From: Candidatus Aenigmatarchaeota archaeon
GTDB taxonomy: Archaea; Aenigmatarchaeota; Aenigmatarchaeia; CG10238-14; SCSR01
Assembly: GCA_039090665.1 (NCBI GenBank)
Contig: JAWCSL010000001.1
Location: forward strand, 23,308 to 87,307
Length of the DNA: 64,000 bases
Reading direction: 5' to 3'
Shown piece by piece: positions 32,606 through 41,994 of this stretch. The notes under the pieces are model-generated. The model was not told the DNA's origin, searched no databases, and saw nothing but the letters and a program-made list of their open reading frames with translations. The stretch's first letter is position 1. The number at the start of each line of letters is the position of its first letter. A program made the translations under genes and the position numbers.

Positions 32606-33707
32606 GCGATTTTGATCTTAGCTTTTCAAGGACATTTTCACCTTTAAGCAAATTCAATCCCTTTTCCGTGATTTTCCATAGTCTTGTTTTGCTAGTAATT
32701 TCTCCCCTTTCTACCAAGCCTTGTTTTTCTAAAATATAAAGAGCTTCTGTTTTTACTGTATCTGGAGATCTATTCAACAATTTGCCCAATTCTTGCCTTG
32801 TTCTAGGCTTTTCAGAGAGAAGTTGCAAAACTTTTAATCTCAATTCACCTTTTCTTGATTGCACAACTTTAAAATTTGAAATACCTTTTTTGAAATCATT
32901 TTGTTTTTCGGGTTGCAAAACACACAAATTCCATTTTTCAATAAGTTTAAAGTTGGACAAGCCTGTGATTAAGACGCATTCTTGTCCAGGTATTTCTTTA
33001 TCTTTATCTGGAATGATTTTTAATTTGAATAATAGTTGTCGAATAAAATCTCTTTTCGATTTTTCTTTTCCAGCTATGGTTATTTCTCTTAGTTTATTTT
33101 GGACTGGTAAAAGACTTACGTTTGCTTCAGAAGCAATTATACCTCTTAATATGCCAGCACAAAAAAGTTCATTTGAAAATAACAGTGGTTGCAAATTATC
33201 AAATAACAAATTCAAAATTAAACCAAGCAACGTGGAATTTATTTTAATATCTATTATCGGTTTATTCCTTCTTTCTAAAATTCTAGTTTTATAGAAATTT
33301 TTCCTAGGAATACTCAATTCTCTTGAGATGTTAGATTCAATTTCTTCCAATTTGCTGGATAAGCTTGGTGGCATTGTTATGGCGACTCTAAATTCTTTTG
33401 GCTCAATCCCAAAACTTTCTTTAGTAAATTTCAGAAAATACTTTATAAGCTCTAAGTTGGTATTGGAGAATCCATATACTTTGGGTAACCCAGCTTGCAA
33501 TTTTATTCCATCCCCAAATCTTAGTCCCAAACCCTCGAAAAGCAATTCATTTATTTCAATAAATCTCTTGATCACAATCGGCTCAGCATTACCACCTCTT
33601 GCTGAATTTTTGTCCACATAAACTTCAATTCTCTCAGGATCGACTTGCTTCCAAAGAATTTTCTTCCCACTAGGTAAAGCAGGAGGAAGCAATTTAACAA
33701 CATCCAC
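32592..33707 (-). CDS. LAGLIDADG-like (two degenerate motifs) protein with a C-terminal winged helix, free-standing
   Basis: LGLRFGDGIK and GILRGIIASEAN resemble the two LAGLIDADG helices of homing endonucleases or maturases. The C-terminus …LLSEKPRTRQELGKLL…LYILEKQGLVER is a wHTH. The gene is not inside an intron or intein. Confidence 0.35.
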   Translation of the reverse strand: MDVVKLLPPALPSGKKILWKQVDPERIEVYVDKNSARGGNAEPIVIKRFIEINELLFEGLGLRFGDGIKLQAGLPKVYGFSNTNLELIKYFLKFTKESFGIEPKEFRVAITMPPSLSSKLEEIESNISRELSIPRKNFYKTRILERRNKPIIDIKINSTLLGLILNLLFDNLQPLLFSNELFCAGILRGIIASEANVSLLPVQNKLREITIAGKEKSKRDFIRQLLFKLKIIPDKDKEIPGQECVLITGLSNFKLIEKWNLCVLQPEKQNDFKKGISNFKVVQSRKGELRLKVLQLLSEKPRTRQELGKLLNRSPDTVKTEALYILEKQGLVERGEITSKTRLWKITEKGLNLLKGENVLEKLRSKSPTLP

Positions 33708-33795
33708 AAATTTCTTCCCATCTCGAATGAACTATCACACCTTTCACATTTTTTAGAATTGCAAGAAATGTATATGTAGATTTAGAACTCACTCA

Positions 33796-34137
33796 GTGAG
33801 TGAAAAAATCAAAAAGTTTTTATCTTATCTTTTGTTAAACTTTTTTATGGGATTGTTTGATGTTGTGTCAGCAAATTTCAAATGTCCTTATTGTGAATAC
33901 AAAGAAAAAGAGCACGATTGGCAAACAAAATCTTTGCAGCGCGCTCTCAAAACTTATAGGGTTGGTGAAGTTCTTTCTCTTGAAGATTTTGAAAGCAAGC
34001 TGTTGATAAAAGAAGGTTATTTTGAAATTCACACTGTTTGCAAAAATTGTAAAAAGCCCGTAAGCGCAATGATAGAAGTTAAAGATTCTAGAATAACTGG
34101 AAAGATAAAATATGAAAAGTTAAAACACAAAAGCTAA
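33796..34137 (+). CDS. Small zinc-ribbon protein (CxxC…CxxC)
   Basis: CPYCEY…CKNCKK is present. A hydrophobic N-terminus may be an artefact of an upstream start. Confidence 0.3.
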   Translation: MSEKIKKFLSYLLLNFFMGLFDVVSANFKCPYCEYKEKEHDWQTKSLQRALKTYRVGEVLSLEDFESKLLIKEGYFEIHTVCKNCKKPVSAMIEVKDSRITGKIKYEKLKHKS

Positions 34138-34866
34138 AGAATAAATTAGCAAAATTCCAAGCAAGAAAACACCAAACTCCACTAAAGATCTTTTAATACT
34201 GGCTTCCTTTCTTATCTCTGGTATCAAATCGCTAGCTGCTATGTAAATGAAGTTGCCAGCAGCAAAGGGAAGCAAAATCTTCAAAAAATATTCAGAAGGG
34301 ATGAAATAGCTTATCAAGCCACCAAAAATAGCAATCAAGGCTGAAAGGAAATTGAAAAATAAAGCTTTTCTTTTGCTGAAGCCTGAATAGACTAAAACAC
34401 CAAAATCACCAATTTCTTGAGGAATCTCATGCAGAATTACAGCCAAGCTTGTGGTCAAGCCTAGCTTGAAACTTGATATAAAACTTGCAGCTATTATTAA
34501 ACCGTCAATAAAGTTGTGGATTCCATCTCCAATTAAATTGATATAGCCAAAACTGTGAAATTTGCATTTTGCTTCATGACAGTGACGCCAATGGATTATT
34601 TTTTCCAAAAAGAACAAAATTATGAATCCCAACAAAGTGAAAAAAGAAATTTCTCCATAAGATAAAAATTCTGAAGCTTCTGGAAGCAAATGGAAGAAAG
34701 AATTTCCCATCAAAACTCCTGCTGAAAGTGCGATAAGAACCAAAAGAACCTTTTTCACTAATTGCTTTTCCATCAAAAAAGTTAAGATGCCAATGAAAGC
34801 TATTAAGCTTACAAAAAAAGTTGAAAGCAAGATTAAGAACAAAGTAAACATGTTAATATTTTTCAC
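34120..34866 (-). CDS. ZIP-family metal cation transporter (ZupT-like)
   Basis: HNFIDGLIIAASF and HEIPQEIGDFGVL are ZIP signature TM motifs. Confidence 0.8.
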   Translation of the reverse strand: MKNINMFTLFLILLSTFFVSLIAFIGILTFLMEKQLVKKVLLVLIALSAGVLMGNSFFHLLPEASEFLSYGEISFFTLLGFIILFFLEKIIHWRHCHEAKCKFHSFGYINLIGDGIHNFIDGLIIAASFISSFKLGLTTSLAVILHEIPQEIGDFGVLVYSGFSKRKALFFNFLSALIAIFGGLISYFIPSEYFLKILLPFAAGNFIYIAASDLIPEIRKEASIKRSLVEFGVFLLGILLIYSLAFVF

Positions 34867-35372
34867 TCGTGAGATATATTTTCTTTTAGCTTTTTTGCCT
34901 TTTTATCACACCAAAGCTTGAGTTTCATCTTTTTCTCAATTTCTTCATCTTTAAGTTTGTGGTGTTGAATTCTTTCTTTGTCAAAAATGTGAAACACTTC
35001 AAAATCATTCTCTGCTAAAACATTTGCTATGTATCTTCTATGACAACGCCACCACAAGAGTTCAGCGCAAAGTATTGCTACTGTCTTTTCTTTTGCAATT
35101 TCTACCAACTTTTCTATTGCTTCAGAAAATTCTTTGCTCTTGCTGAAATTTTCATAACCTTCTTTTCTATATCCACCAAGCTCAGGAAAATGAATATATT
35201 CTATTTCATTTTTTTCTAATTCTCTTTCCAAATTTTCTTTGTTGAAATGAGGAAATTTTTTACTAGAAGGAAATTTGCGCACATCAACTACACACTTGAT
35301 CTTGAAGCTCAAGAGGATTTCCAAAAATTCTTCCAAGCTTCTGGTGCTATGACCCAAAGTGAAAATTTTCAT
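34863..35372 (-). CDS. DUF488-family protein
   Basis: MKIFTLGHSTRSLEEFLEILLSFKIKCVVDVRKFPSS matches the conserved DUF488 N-terminus. Its stop overlaps the ZIP start (ATGA). Confidence 0.6.
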   Translation of the reverse strand: MKIFTLGHSTRSLEEFLEILLSFKIKCVVDVRKFPSSKKFPHFNKENLERELEKNEIEYIHFPELGGYRKEGYENFSKSKEFSEAIEKLVEIAKEKTVAILCAELLWWRCHRRYIANVLAENDFEVFHIFDKERIQHHKLKDEEIEKKMKLKLWCDKKAKKLKENISHE

Positions 35373-35382
35373 GAATAATTTT

Positions 35383-35892
35383 TTAGTTTAGTCCATAAAA
35401 TGTGTTGATTATTTCATTTCTATAACTTGGGTCAAAAACTTTATTCCCGAGTTTATGGTAAACACCTTCAAATCTTGCCCTTAAATTGCCGTAAGCATCT
35501 TTAGCATACCCGGTTAATTTTTTTGTTAACCAAGAAACATAACCCTCTTCCACATCTTTTGGAAGATTAAATCTTTCTAAGAATTTGTGCACTAATTCGT
35601 GATAAATAAGCGGAATTCTTTCGCTTCTTTCTCTTATTTTGTCTATGTTTAAGTAAATTCTGTTTTTCAATTTATCAAATGCTCCGCCTATTTCAGCAAC
35701 AACTTTATATACAATTCCTCTCAAAGGATCAATGATATAGCTTAAAATTTTTGGAAACTTTGTTAGCTTTATTTCAGGCATGTTTGGAGAATATTTGAAA
35801 ATTTTTGAAAGATTCTCGTGAGCTTCATTCAATTCTTTATTCAAATCAAAAGGGCTTGTATCATAAAGCCTTGATAGCAAACTTTCAAACAT
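35383..35892 (-). CDS. Hypothetical protein with an HExxH motif (possible metallopeptidase-like)
   Basis: HELVHKF is present. No other signature is seen. Confidence 0.35.
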   Translation of the reverse strand: MFESLLSRLYDTSPFDLNKELNEAHENLSKIFKYSPNMPEIKLTKFPKILSYIIDPLRGIVYKVVAEIGGAFDKLKNRIYLNIDKIRERSERIPLIYHELVHKFLERFNLPKDVEEGYVSWLTKKLTGYAKDAYGNLRARFEGVYHKLGNKVFDPSYRNEIINTFYGLN

Positions 35893-35939
35893 TTGATTGA
35901 ATTTGAGTTTTTTATAGATTTAAGCTTTATTAAATCAAT

Positions 35940-36500
35940 ATGGAGCTTTCAGCTTGTCCTGTTTGCAAAAACCAAAGTTTAGTGTTTTCAAGCACAACAA
36001 CAGAAATCCCTTACTTTGGAAAGATTTTGATTTTAAGTTTAAAATGCGAAAGTTGTGGTTTCAAGCACAACGATGTTTTAAATTTGGAGATAAAAGATCC
36101 TTTGAGCTATAGAATCGAGATTGAAGAAGAGAAAGATTTAACTGCAAAAGTCGTGAGGGCTTCTTCAGGCACAATCATAATTCCTGAGCTTGGTGTTAAA
36201 ATCGAGCCAGGATCCCAAGCAGAGGGCTTTATAACCAATGTTGAAGGAGTTTTGGAAAGAATTGAAAGAGTTTTGAAATCACAAATAGAAGTACAAAAAG
36301 ACAAGAAATTGGAAAAAGTGAAAGAACTTTTAGAGAAAATTGGAAAGATGAGAGAAGGAAAAGAAAAGTTCACTTTGATCTTGAAAGACCCTTTTGGAAA
36401 TTCAGCAATAATTTCTCCAAAAGCTAAGAAGAGAAAATTGAGCGAAAAAGAGTTGAAAAAACTTAAAACAGGAATGGTAATTCTCGAGTTGAAAAAATAG
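35940..36500 (+). CDS. ZPR1-type zinc-finger protein
   Basis: CPVCKNQ…EIPYFGKILILSLKCESCGFK is the ZPR1 zinc-finger module, followed by the ZPR1 β-domain. Confidence 0.7.
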   Translation: MELSACPVCKNQSLVFSSTTTEIPYFGKILILSLKCESCGFKHNDVLNLEIKDPLSYRIEIEEEKDLTAKVVRASSGTIIIPELGVKIEPGSQAEGFITNVEGVLERIERVLKSQIEVQKDKKLEKVKELLEKIGKMREGKEKFTLILKDPFGNSAIISPKAKKRKLSEKELKKLKTGMVILELKK

Positions 36501-36531
36501 CCTTTATTTTTTATTTTTATGAATTTAAATT

Positions 36532-37110
36532 ATGTTGAGCTTAGTTCAAGGAGAAAAACTCGTAAGACTTGCAAGGAAAGCTGTTGAAAAGAGAAAAGTT
36601 GAAAAGGAGTTTGATGAAGATCTAAAAGTCAAGAAAGGAGTTTTTGTGACAATAGAAACTTATCCTGATAAAGAGTTGAGAGGATGTATAGGCTTTCCTT
36701 ATCCAATTTATCCTTTAGGCGAAGCAGTGCAAAAAGCTGCAATAGCGGCAGCTTTTGAAGACCCCAGATTTTCACCTCTAGAAAAAGAAGAATTGAGCAA
36801 AATTGTTTTTGAAGTTTCAATTTTAACTGAACCTGAGCTCATTCAAGTTAAAGAACCGAAAGAATATTTCAAAAAGATTGAAGCTGGTAAAGATGGTTTG
36901 ATTTTGAAGAATGGGCCTTTTTCTGGTTTATTCTTGCCACAAGTTTGGAATTACTTCAAGACAAAACAAGAATTTTTGGAAAACCTTTGCTTTAAAGCTG
37001 GACTTACCCCCGATTATATTTATGATAAGAATACAAAAATTTTCAAGTTTAGAGCGCAAATTTTTGCTGAAGAGAAGCCGAATGGAAAAATTGTTGAAGT
37101 TAAGCTTTAG
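36532..37110 (+). CDS. AMMECR1-domain protein
   Basis: RGCIGFP and LPQVW are AMMECR1 hallmarks. Confidence 0.8.
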   Translation: MLSLVQGEKLVRLARKAVEKRKVEKEFDEDLKVKKGVFVTIETYPDKELRGCIGFPYPIYPLGEAVQKAAIAAAFEDPRFSPLEKEELSKIVFEVSILTEPELIQVKEPKEYFKKIEAGKDGLILKNGPFSGLFLPQVWNYFKTKQEFLENLCFKAGLTPDYIYDKNTKIFKFRAQIFAEEKPNGKIVEVKL

Positions 37111-37139
37111 CTTTCTCTTCTTATCATCAAGTTTAAACA

Positions 37140-37495
37140 CTTAATTTCAATCTGTATCTTTTTTCTATTTCTTGAAATCCAAAAGATTCTAGCATCTTTT
37201 TAGAAATTTCATTAAAAGGTGAGATTACTGTTTCTATGATTTCCACTTTGTTTTTCTTTACCCCATGCAATAAATTTGTTTAGCAACTTCTTACCAATTC
37301 CTCTATTTCTGTAAGATTCTTCCACGTGGATGAGCCAAATAAAGCCATATTTTTTCTGAGCATAAATTGGGGGATATTTTTCAATTTTTCCGTTTATAAA
37401 TCCAACTAATTTACCATCACTCTCTGCACATAATACTTCCATCTCTTACTTCTAAAAGTTCTATCTACAAATCGCCTTCCCCATTCTCTTGCTTT
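37140..37495 (-). pseudogene. GNAT-family N-acetyltransferase fragment, apparently frameshifted at both ends
   Basis: The central ORF is …LIHVEESYRNRGIGKKLLNKFIAWGKEK (GNAT motif A Q/RxxGxG/A). The expected C-terminus …ESFGFQEIEK and an N-terminal MKRVRKQ… lie in other frames. Confidence 0.35.
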
Positions 37496-37662
37496 CTCAC
37501 TCTTTTCATCAAGTCATCAAATTTGTTTTTTAAATAAAAATTGAAGAACTTCCAATTCATCTCTTTTATTTAGTTTAAGTCTTTTTTAGTAGCTTCTCTT
37601 ATTTTGAGCATAATTTATTTATTTTCCTATAAATTTTTATTAAAAAGGAAGTGGAACAATTT

Positions 37663-38829
37663 TTATTTTTCTTCTTCCACTCCTTTTTCCTTCAAAACTC
37701 TAGCCAAATCATGAATAAGCCTTCTCACATGCTCCCTCATCTCATAAACATCCTTATCAGGAATTTCCGTTATTTTCTTCTCGTCAGCAAGCTTCTTCAT
37801 GTTCACGATTTTAGACCACACTTCAGCATAGTAGGGATCTATTAACTTAGAATCAATAAACTCTCTCTTAAAAGCTAAAGCAACTTCTTCCTCTTTTTCA
37901 GGCATTTTATTCAAACTCTTTAATGCAGTTATTGCAGCTTTGTGCATGACTTCATAAGTTCTTTCCAAAATCTTTTCTCTCTTTCTTATCTCCAAAGCAT
38001 TTAATAAGCTAAACATTTTGTTGACAAATTTTTCCGCTTTTTCAATCCACTCGTCCACAAACTTTCCTTCAACATCCATAAGTTCTTTGTGCTCTATTTT
38101 CTTCCTTATTTCAATTATTTCTTTCAGCCATTCAGCATATTCCGGTTCAAGAATCCCAGGTTCAACCAAAAACTTTTTCACATCATCATAAGCTTTACTT
38201 GGTACAGGAGGAGCCAAGCCCATGAACATCAAAACAGCTTGAGCTGTGTTGAGCATAGCATAATAACAATCTTCTGCAAGCATTAGCAACTTTACAGTTT
38301 TTGCTCTCATTAGCTTCTTGGGGGCACCTTCCATATAACTTTCTATTGCTTCTCTTGTTGCAGGTATTTTTCCCATTTCAAGAAGTCTTTTGATTGGCAA
38401 GAAGAAACCTGTATCATAAATAGCTATACCTTCTTTAATGAAGTTGTATATTATTGGGTGACAAACTCTTGCATAGTCCCAGAATTCAGTTAAAGTGTAG
38501 CTTGGTTGGATCGAAAGCTTGTCAGAAATCTTTTCAGCAATTTTTTCTAAATCCTCATCAATTTTTTCTTGAAGTTCTGTAGTGATTTCATGAGTTGTGT
38601 CGTCCAAAACAACAAAAATATCAATATCACTTTTTGGCTTGAATTCGTCCCTTGCTACAGAGCCCATCATGACTATGCATTTTATGTATTTTCCATATTT
38701 TTCCAAAACCTGCTTTGCAAATTCTTCCACTTCTTTAAGCCTTTGCTCCCTAGTTTCTGGCTTTTCTTCTTTTTTTGCTTCATCTTCCATTTTTCCCACC
38801 ATTCTTTTTCTCTTCAACAACTTTAGCAA
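37663..38829 (-). CDS. Pol-β-superfamily nucleotidyltransferase fused to a HEPN-like helical domain (paralog 1, 388 aa)
   Basis: GSVARDEFKPKSDIDIFVVLDD is the hG[GS]x9-13Dh[DE]h NTase motif. The C-terminal helical domain carries a HEPN-like YYAMLNTAQAVLMF segment and RTYEVMH (Rx5H). Confidence 0.55.
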   Translation of the reverse strand: MLKLLKRKRMVGKMEDEAKKEEKPETREQRLKEVEEFAKQVLEKYGKYIKCIVMMGSVARDEFKPKSDIDIFVVLDDTTHEITTELQEKIDEDLEKIAEKISDKLSIQPSYTLTEFWDYARVCHPIIYNFIKEGIAIYDTGFFLPIKRLLEMGKIPATREAIESYMEGAPKKLMRAKTVKLLMLAEDCYYAMLNTAQAVLMFMGLAPPVPSKAYDDVKKFLVEPGILEPEYAEWLKEIIEIRKKIEHKELMDVEGKFVDEWIEKAEKFVNKMFSLLNALEIRKREKILERTYEVMHKAAITALKSLNKMPEKEEEVALAFKREFIDSKLIDPYYAEVWSKIVNMKKLADEKKITEIPDKDVYEMREHVRRLIHDLARVLKEKGVEEEK

Positions 38830-39265
38830 TTTCTTTCTTTATATAATAAAGTGATTCAATGGGTAAGTTGGAAACCAGGGAAGAATAAGATGAGCTTATT
38901 TCGATAAAAATGGCATCGGGATCACGAATACCTCTTTTATAAATTTTTTCTATTTCACTCCTTAAATCCAATGGTTTGTAAGAATCTTTTTTTTTTGGAG
39001 TTTGTAAAAACAACTCAACTAACTTACTTGAATTGTTTGAAGTTGGCAAAGCTTCATACTCTGAAATTTTTTCCAAAAAAATTTCTCTAGCTCTTTTTTC
39101 TTCTTCAGCCAGTTTTTCAACAATTTCTTCCAAATTTAAGTTCTTTGCTTTTTCATTTTCCAACTCTTCTCGTAATTTATTATATCGCTTTTTTGTATCT
39201 TCCAAATCTTTTTGAAATTTTTCAGCAGCTTCAACTTTCTTTAAAAATTCTTCTACTAAACTCAT
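38780..39265 (-). CDS. Coiled-coil protein (162 aa) between the two NTase paralogs
   Basis: Highly charged heptad-rich sequence (EEFLKKVEAAEKFQKDLEDTKKRYNKLREELENEKAK…). The start is placed at the ATG at 39265 and abuts the upstream stop. It overlaps the downstream gene by about 50 nt. Confidence 0.4.
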   Translation of the reverse strand: MSLVEEFLKKVEAAEKFQKDLEDTKKRYNKLREELENEKAKNLNLEEIVEKLAEEEKRAREIFLEKISEYEALPTSNNSSKLVELFLQTPKKKDSYKPLDLRSEIEKIYKRGIRDPDAIFIEISSSYSSLVSNLPIESLYYIKKEIAKVVEEKKNGGKNGR

Positions 39266-39266
39266 T

Positions 39267-40121
39267 TCACTCAACCTCTGGCAATTCCTCACTCTTTAAT
39301 TCTTCTGGAAGCAACTGCTTAAATCTATCTATTATTTCTTTTGTCAACTTGAGAGCCCTCTCAAGATAAGCAGCATCCACTTCTTTCACAATCTTGTGAT
39401 CAATATCTTTCCAAAGCTTGTCAAGCTCTTTGAATTTCTCTATGTATTCTTTCTCCAGTTTTTTCTCTTCCACCAGCTTTTCCAAAAATTCTGGTATTGC
39501 CTTTTGGTCTGGTTGGGCTTTGTAGTAGTGCATGACAACAGCTTGAATGATATCAGTGGCAGCATATCTCAGCTCGAAGATCATGCTCTTCAAGTCAGCT
39601 TTTATTTTTCTATACCTCACTTCTCCTGCTTTTGCTTTCAGTTTTATGGTTTCTTCGCTTGGTGGCAGCAATCCCATTTGAAGCATTCTCTGAACAGGTT
39701 TGATGAAACCAGTATCGTAAATCGGCAAACCATACCTCAAGAAGTTAACAAGCTCAGGCGAGCCAGCCCTAACCCATTGCCAGAATTCCGTCAACAAAGT
39801 GATTTGAATGTGAAGATCCTTGAGCTCATGAGCTATCAAATAAAGCTGAGAGCTTACTTTGTCCAAATCTTCTGAGCTTTTTGTTGCTGTGTCGTCAAGT
39901 ATAACCCAAACATCAGCATCACTACCCTTTTTCATAGTTCCTTTCACAACAGACCCGAAAATTAGCACTGATTTAATCAAATTACCATACTGTTTCCTAG
40001 CTTCATTAGTGAATTTCACAACTTTTTCTATAACTTTTCTTTGTAATTCTGCCTGTTCTTGGTCTTCTTTCTTTGCTAACTCAACATCTTCCAATTCATC
40101 TTCCAAATTTTTTATGTCCAT
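39267..40121 (-). CDS. Pol-β-superfamily nucleotidyltransferase with HEPN-like C-terminal domain (paralog 2, 284 aa)
   Basis: GSVVKGTMKKGSDADVWVILDD is the NTase motif. It is colinear with paralog 1 (WQWVRAGSPELVNFLRYGLPIYDTGF vs WDYARVCHPIIYNFIKEGIAIYDTGF; ELRYAATDIIQAVVMHYY vs EDCYYAMLNTAQAVLMF). Confidence 0.55.
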   Translation of the reverse strand: MDIKNLEDELEDVELAKKEDQEQAELQRKVIEKVVKFTNEARKQYGNLIKSVLIFGSVVKGTMKKGSDADVWVILDDTATKSSEDLDKVSSQLYLIAHELKDLHIQITLLTEFWQWVRAGSPELVNFLRYGLPIYDTGFIKPVQRMLQMGLLPPSEETIKLKAKAGEVRYRKIKADLKSMIFELRYAATDIIQAVVMHYYKAQPDQKAIPEFLEKLVEEKKLEKEYIEKFKELDKLWKDIDHKIVKEVDAAYLERALKLTKEIIDRFKQLLPEELKSEELPEVE

Positions 40122-40166
40122 ACTTATTTATCTCCTTACTATAATACTTATATTGTAGTATTCTTT

Positions 40167-41984
40167 CTACCTAAACTTTTCTCTTTTCCACTCTTCTATT
40201 TTTCCCTTCTCCACTGCAGCTCTTCCAAGGAAGCCATGTGTTTCTTCTGGAACCATTAACAATCCTCTTAAAGGATCGTAAGCGTGTTCTTTTATCACAG
40301 TTCTCTGTCTTTCTTCTGATGCTACTTCCTTTACATCTATACCGAAAAATTCAGGGTATTCAATTAGTTTTTCTGGAGGTATATCTTTTTCCAAAAACTT
40401 GATAATCAATTGCAATGAAATCACTGATTGTTGAAAACTTTCTGGTCCACCTCTTTCAAAAATTATGTAACAATCTTTATCTTTACCAAAACCTTTTTGC
40501 CTTAGTTTGTAGTACATTTCATACAAGTATTTTTGTTGGTCTGAACCAACTTCTATTGGTAAGTGGGCTGGGGCTAAAGTTGAAGGCCAACCTGCGTGTA
40601 TTACTCTAACATATTTGCCTCCGTCTTCCGGAAGCAATTCTATAACTTTTCCCGGATCTATTCTTAAGCTAAGCATGTGTTCAAAATCCATAGCAATTGC
40701 AAAAATATTTTTTCCTGCTTGTTTATTTGCTTCTTCAACCAAAAAGTAATACTGATAAGGATTAGCCAACCTAAGCCACTCTTCTATTCCTCTTCCTCCC
40801 ATTGGTGATTCTAAAGCGAAAATCATTCCATCTTCGTCCAAATATTTTTTCGGATCTTCATACTCTTTTCTTGTTGGGAAAAAATGGCCATAAATGTATC
40901 TTGCAGAAACAGCAGGAACCCAAATCTCATAAACTGTCCTAAAGTTGCCATCTTCTATCGTAAGCCTTTCTGGGCTTATCCCTTTTTTCTTCATCCATTC
41001 CTCTACGCTTATACCATCCCTTTTAGCAAAAAATCTTATGCTAGCATTCACTATTTTTTCCCACAAAGGATCTTTGTTTTCTTCCATCCATTTTGCAACG
41101 AAATAGTAAGCCCATCTCTCTGGGCCATAATGCAAATCTCTCGATTGAACCAGCGAAACAACATAATCCACAATATCAACAAAAGTTATTTCCAAAGATC
41201 TTCTTATTCCTTCATCAATCATATTTTTCAAAGCTTCTTCAGCTTCAACATACTTTTTCCCTCTGGATATTTCTTCACTTTGCACCCTGTTCATTATCCT
41301 ATCTTGCAAATATTCTTCAAAAGTTCTTCCTCTCAAGAGCTCGAGCCAGAAAAAATTTTGCGGTTTTATTCCTTTTTCCCTGAAAGCATTTTCTATATCT
41401 TTTTTGTCTATTTGTCCTGTCTCTTTCCCTTTTTCTTTCCAAATATTCATCAAAATCTCAATCATTTCTTTTGATTTGTTTTCTTTGTTTCCGCTAATCA
41501 ACCAATTTAAAAGCCAATTATTTTGAGTTAGAAATTCCCTGAAAGGATTTCCTTGAGGATCGACCAAATCACAAGACTGTAGAGTTCTTTCTAAAAGCCT
41601 GAAAGGTTCTGATTCAGAAGAATGAACTAAAACATATTTTGCTCCTATATCTTTTGAATGTTTCAAAATCAAAATGAGTCTTTCATGAGCCCTCTCATAT
41701 TCCATCTTTATCGCAGAATCGAGCTCAGCAGCTTCAACACCAAAAGCTCTTGTTTCGCTATGAATTCCAAATTCTATTCCAAGTTTTTCCTTAATATCTT
41801 TTTTCATCTTCTTTTCCAGCTCGGGCTCTTCAAATTCCGAAAGCGACTCTAAATCAAGCTGAACAAACTTCACACCTTTCGTTATTCCTGCTTGAGCTTT
41901 CTTGAACAATCCAGCTAGTTGAGGCTTTTCTTCCCCACCAGCAACCCCAAAAGCTCCGGTTGAAACCCCTAAGATATAACCCAT
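40167..41984 (-). CDS. Large hypothetical protein (605 aa), second gene of the cluster
   Basis: A long ORF with no recognisable motif. It begins MGYILGVSTGAFGVAGGEEKP. Confidence 0.55.
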   Translation of the reverse strand: MGYILGVSTGAFGVAGGEEKPQLAGLFKKAQAGITKGVKFVQLDLESLSEFEEPELEKKMKKDIKEKLGIEFGIHSETRAFGVEAAELDSAIKMEYERAHERLILILKHSKDIGAKYVLVHSSESEPFRLLERTLQSCDLVDPQGNPFREFLTQNNWLLNWLISGNKENKSKEMIEILMNIWKEKGKETGQIDKKDIENAFREKGIKPQNFFWLELLRGRTFEEYLQDRIMNRVQSEEISRGKKYVEAEEALKNMIDEGIRRSLEITFVDIVDYVVSLVQSRDLHYGPERWAYYFVAKWMEENKDPLWEKIVNASIRFFAKRDGISVEEWMKKKGISPERLTIEDGNFRTVYEIWVPAVSARYIYGHFFPTRKEYEDPKKYLDEDGMIFALESPMGGRGIEEWLRLANPYQYYFLVEEANKQAGKNIFAIAMDFEHMLSLRIDPGKVIELLPEDGGKYVRVIHAGWPSTLAPAHLPIEVGSDQQKYLYEMYYKLRQKGFGKDKDCYIIFERGGPESFQQSVISLQLIIKFLEKDIPPEKLIEYPEFFGIDVKEVASEERQRTVIKEHAYDPLRGLLMVPEETHGFLGRAAVEKGKIEEWKREKFR

Positions 41985-41994
41985 TTATTCACCT

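Noticed and set aside
37663-40121. Calling the two NTase proteins CD-NTases (CBASS cyclases)
   Set aside because: The hG[GS]…DhD motif is shared by all Pol-β NTases. The C-terminal HEPN-like helices fit MNT-HEPN/KNTase-like proteins better. The call is left open.
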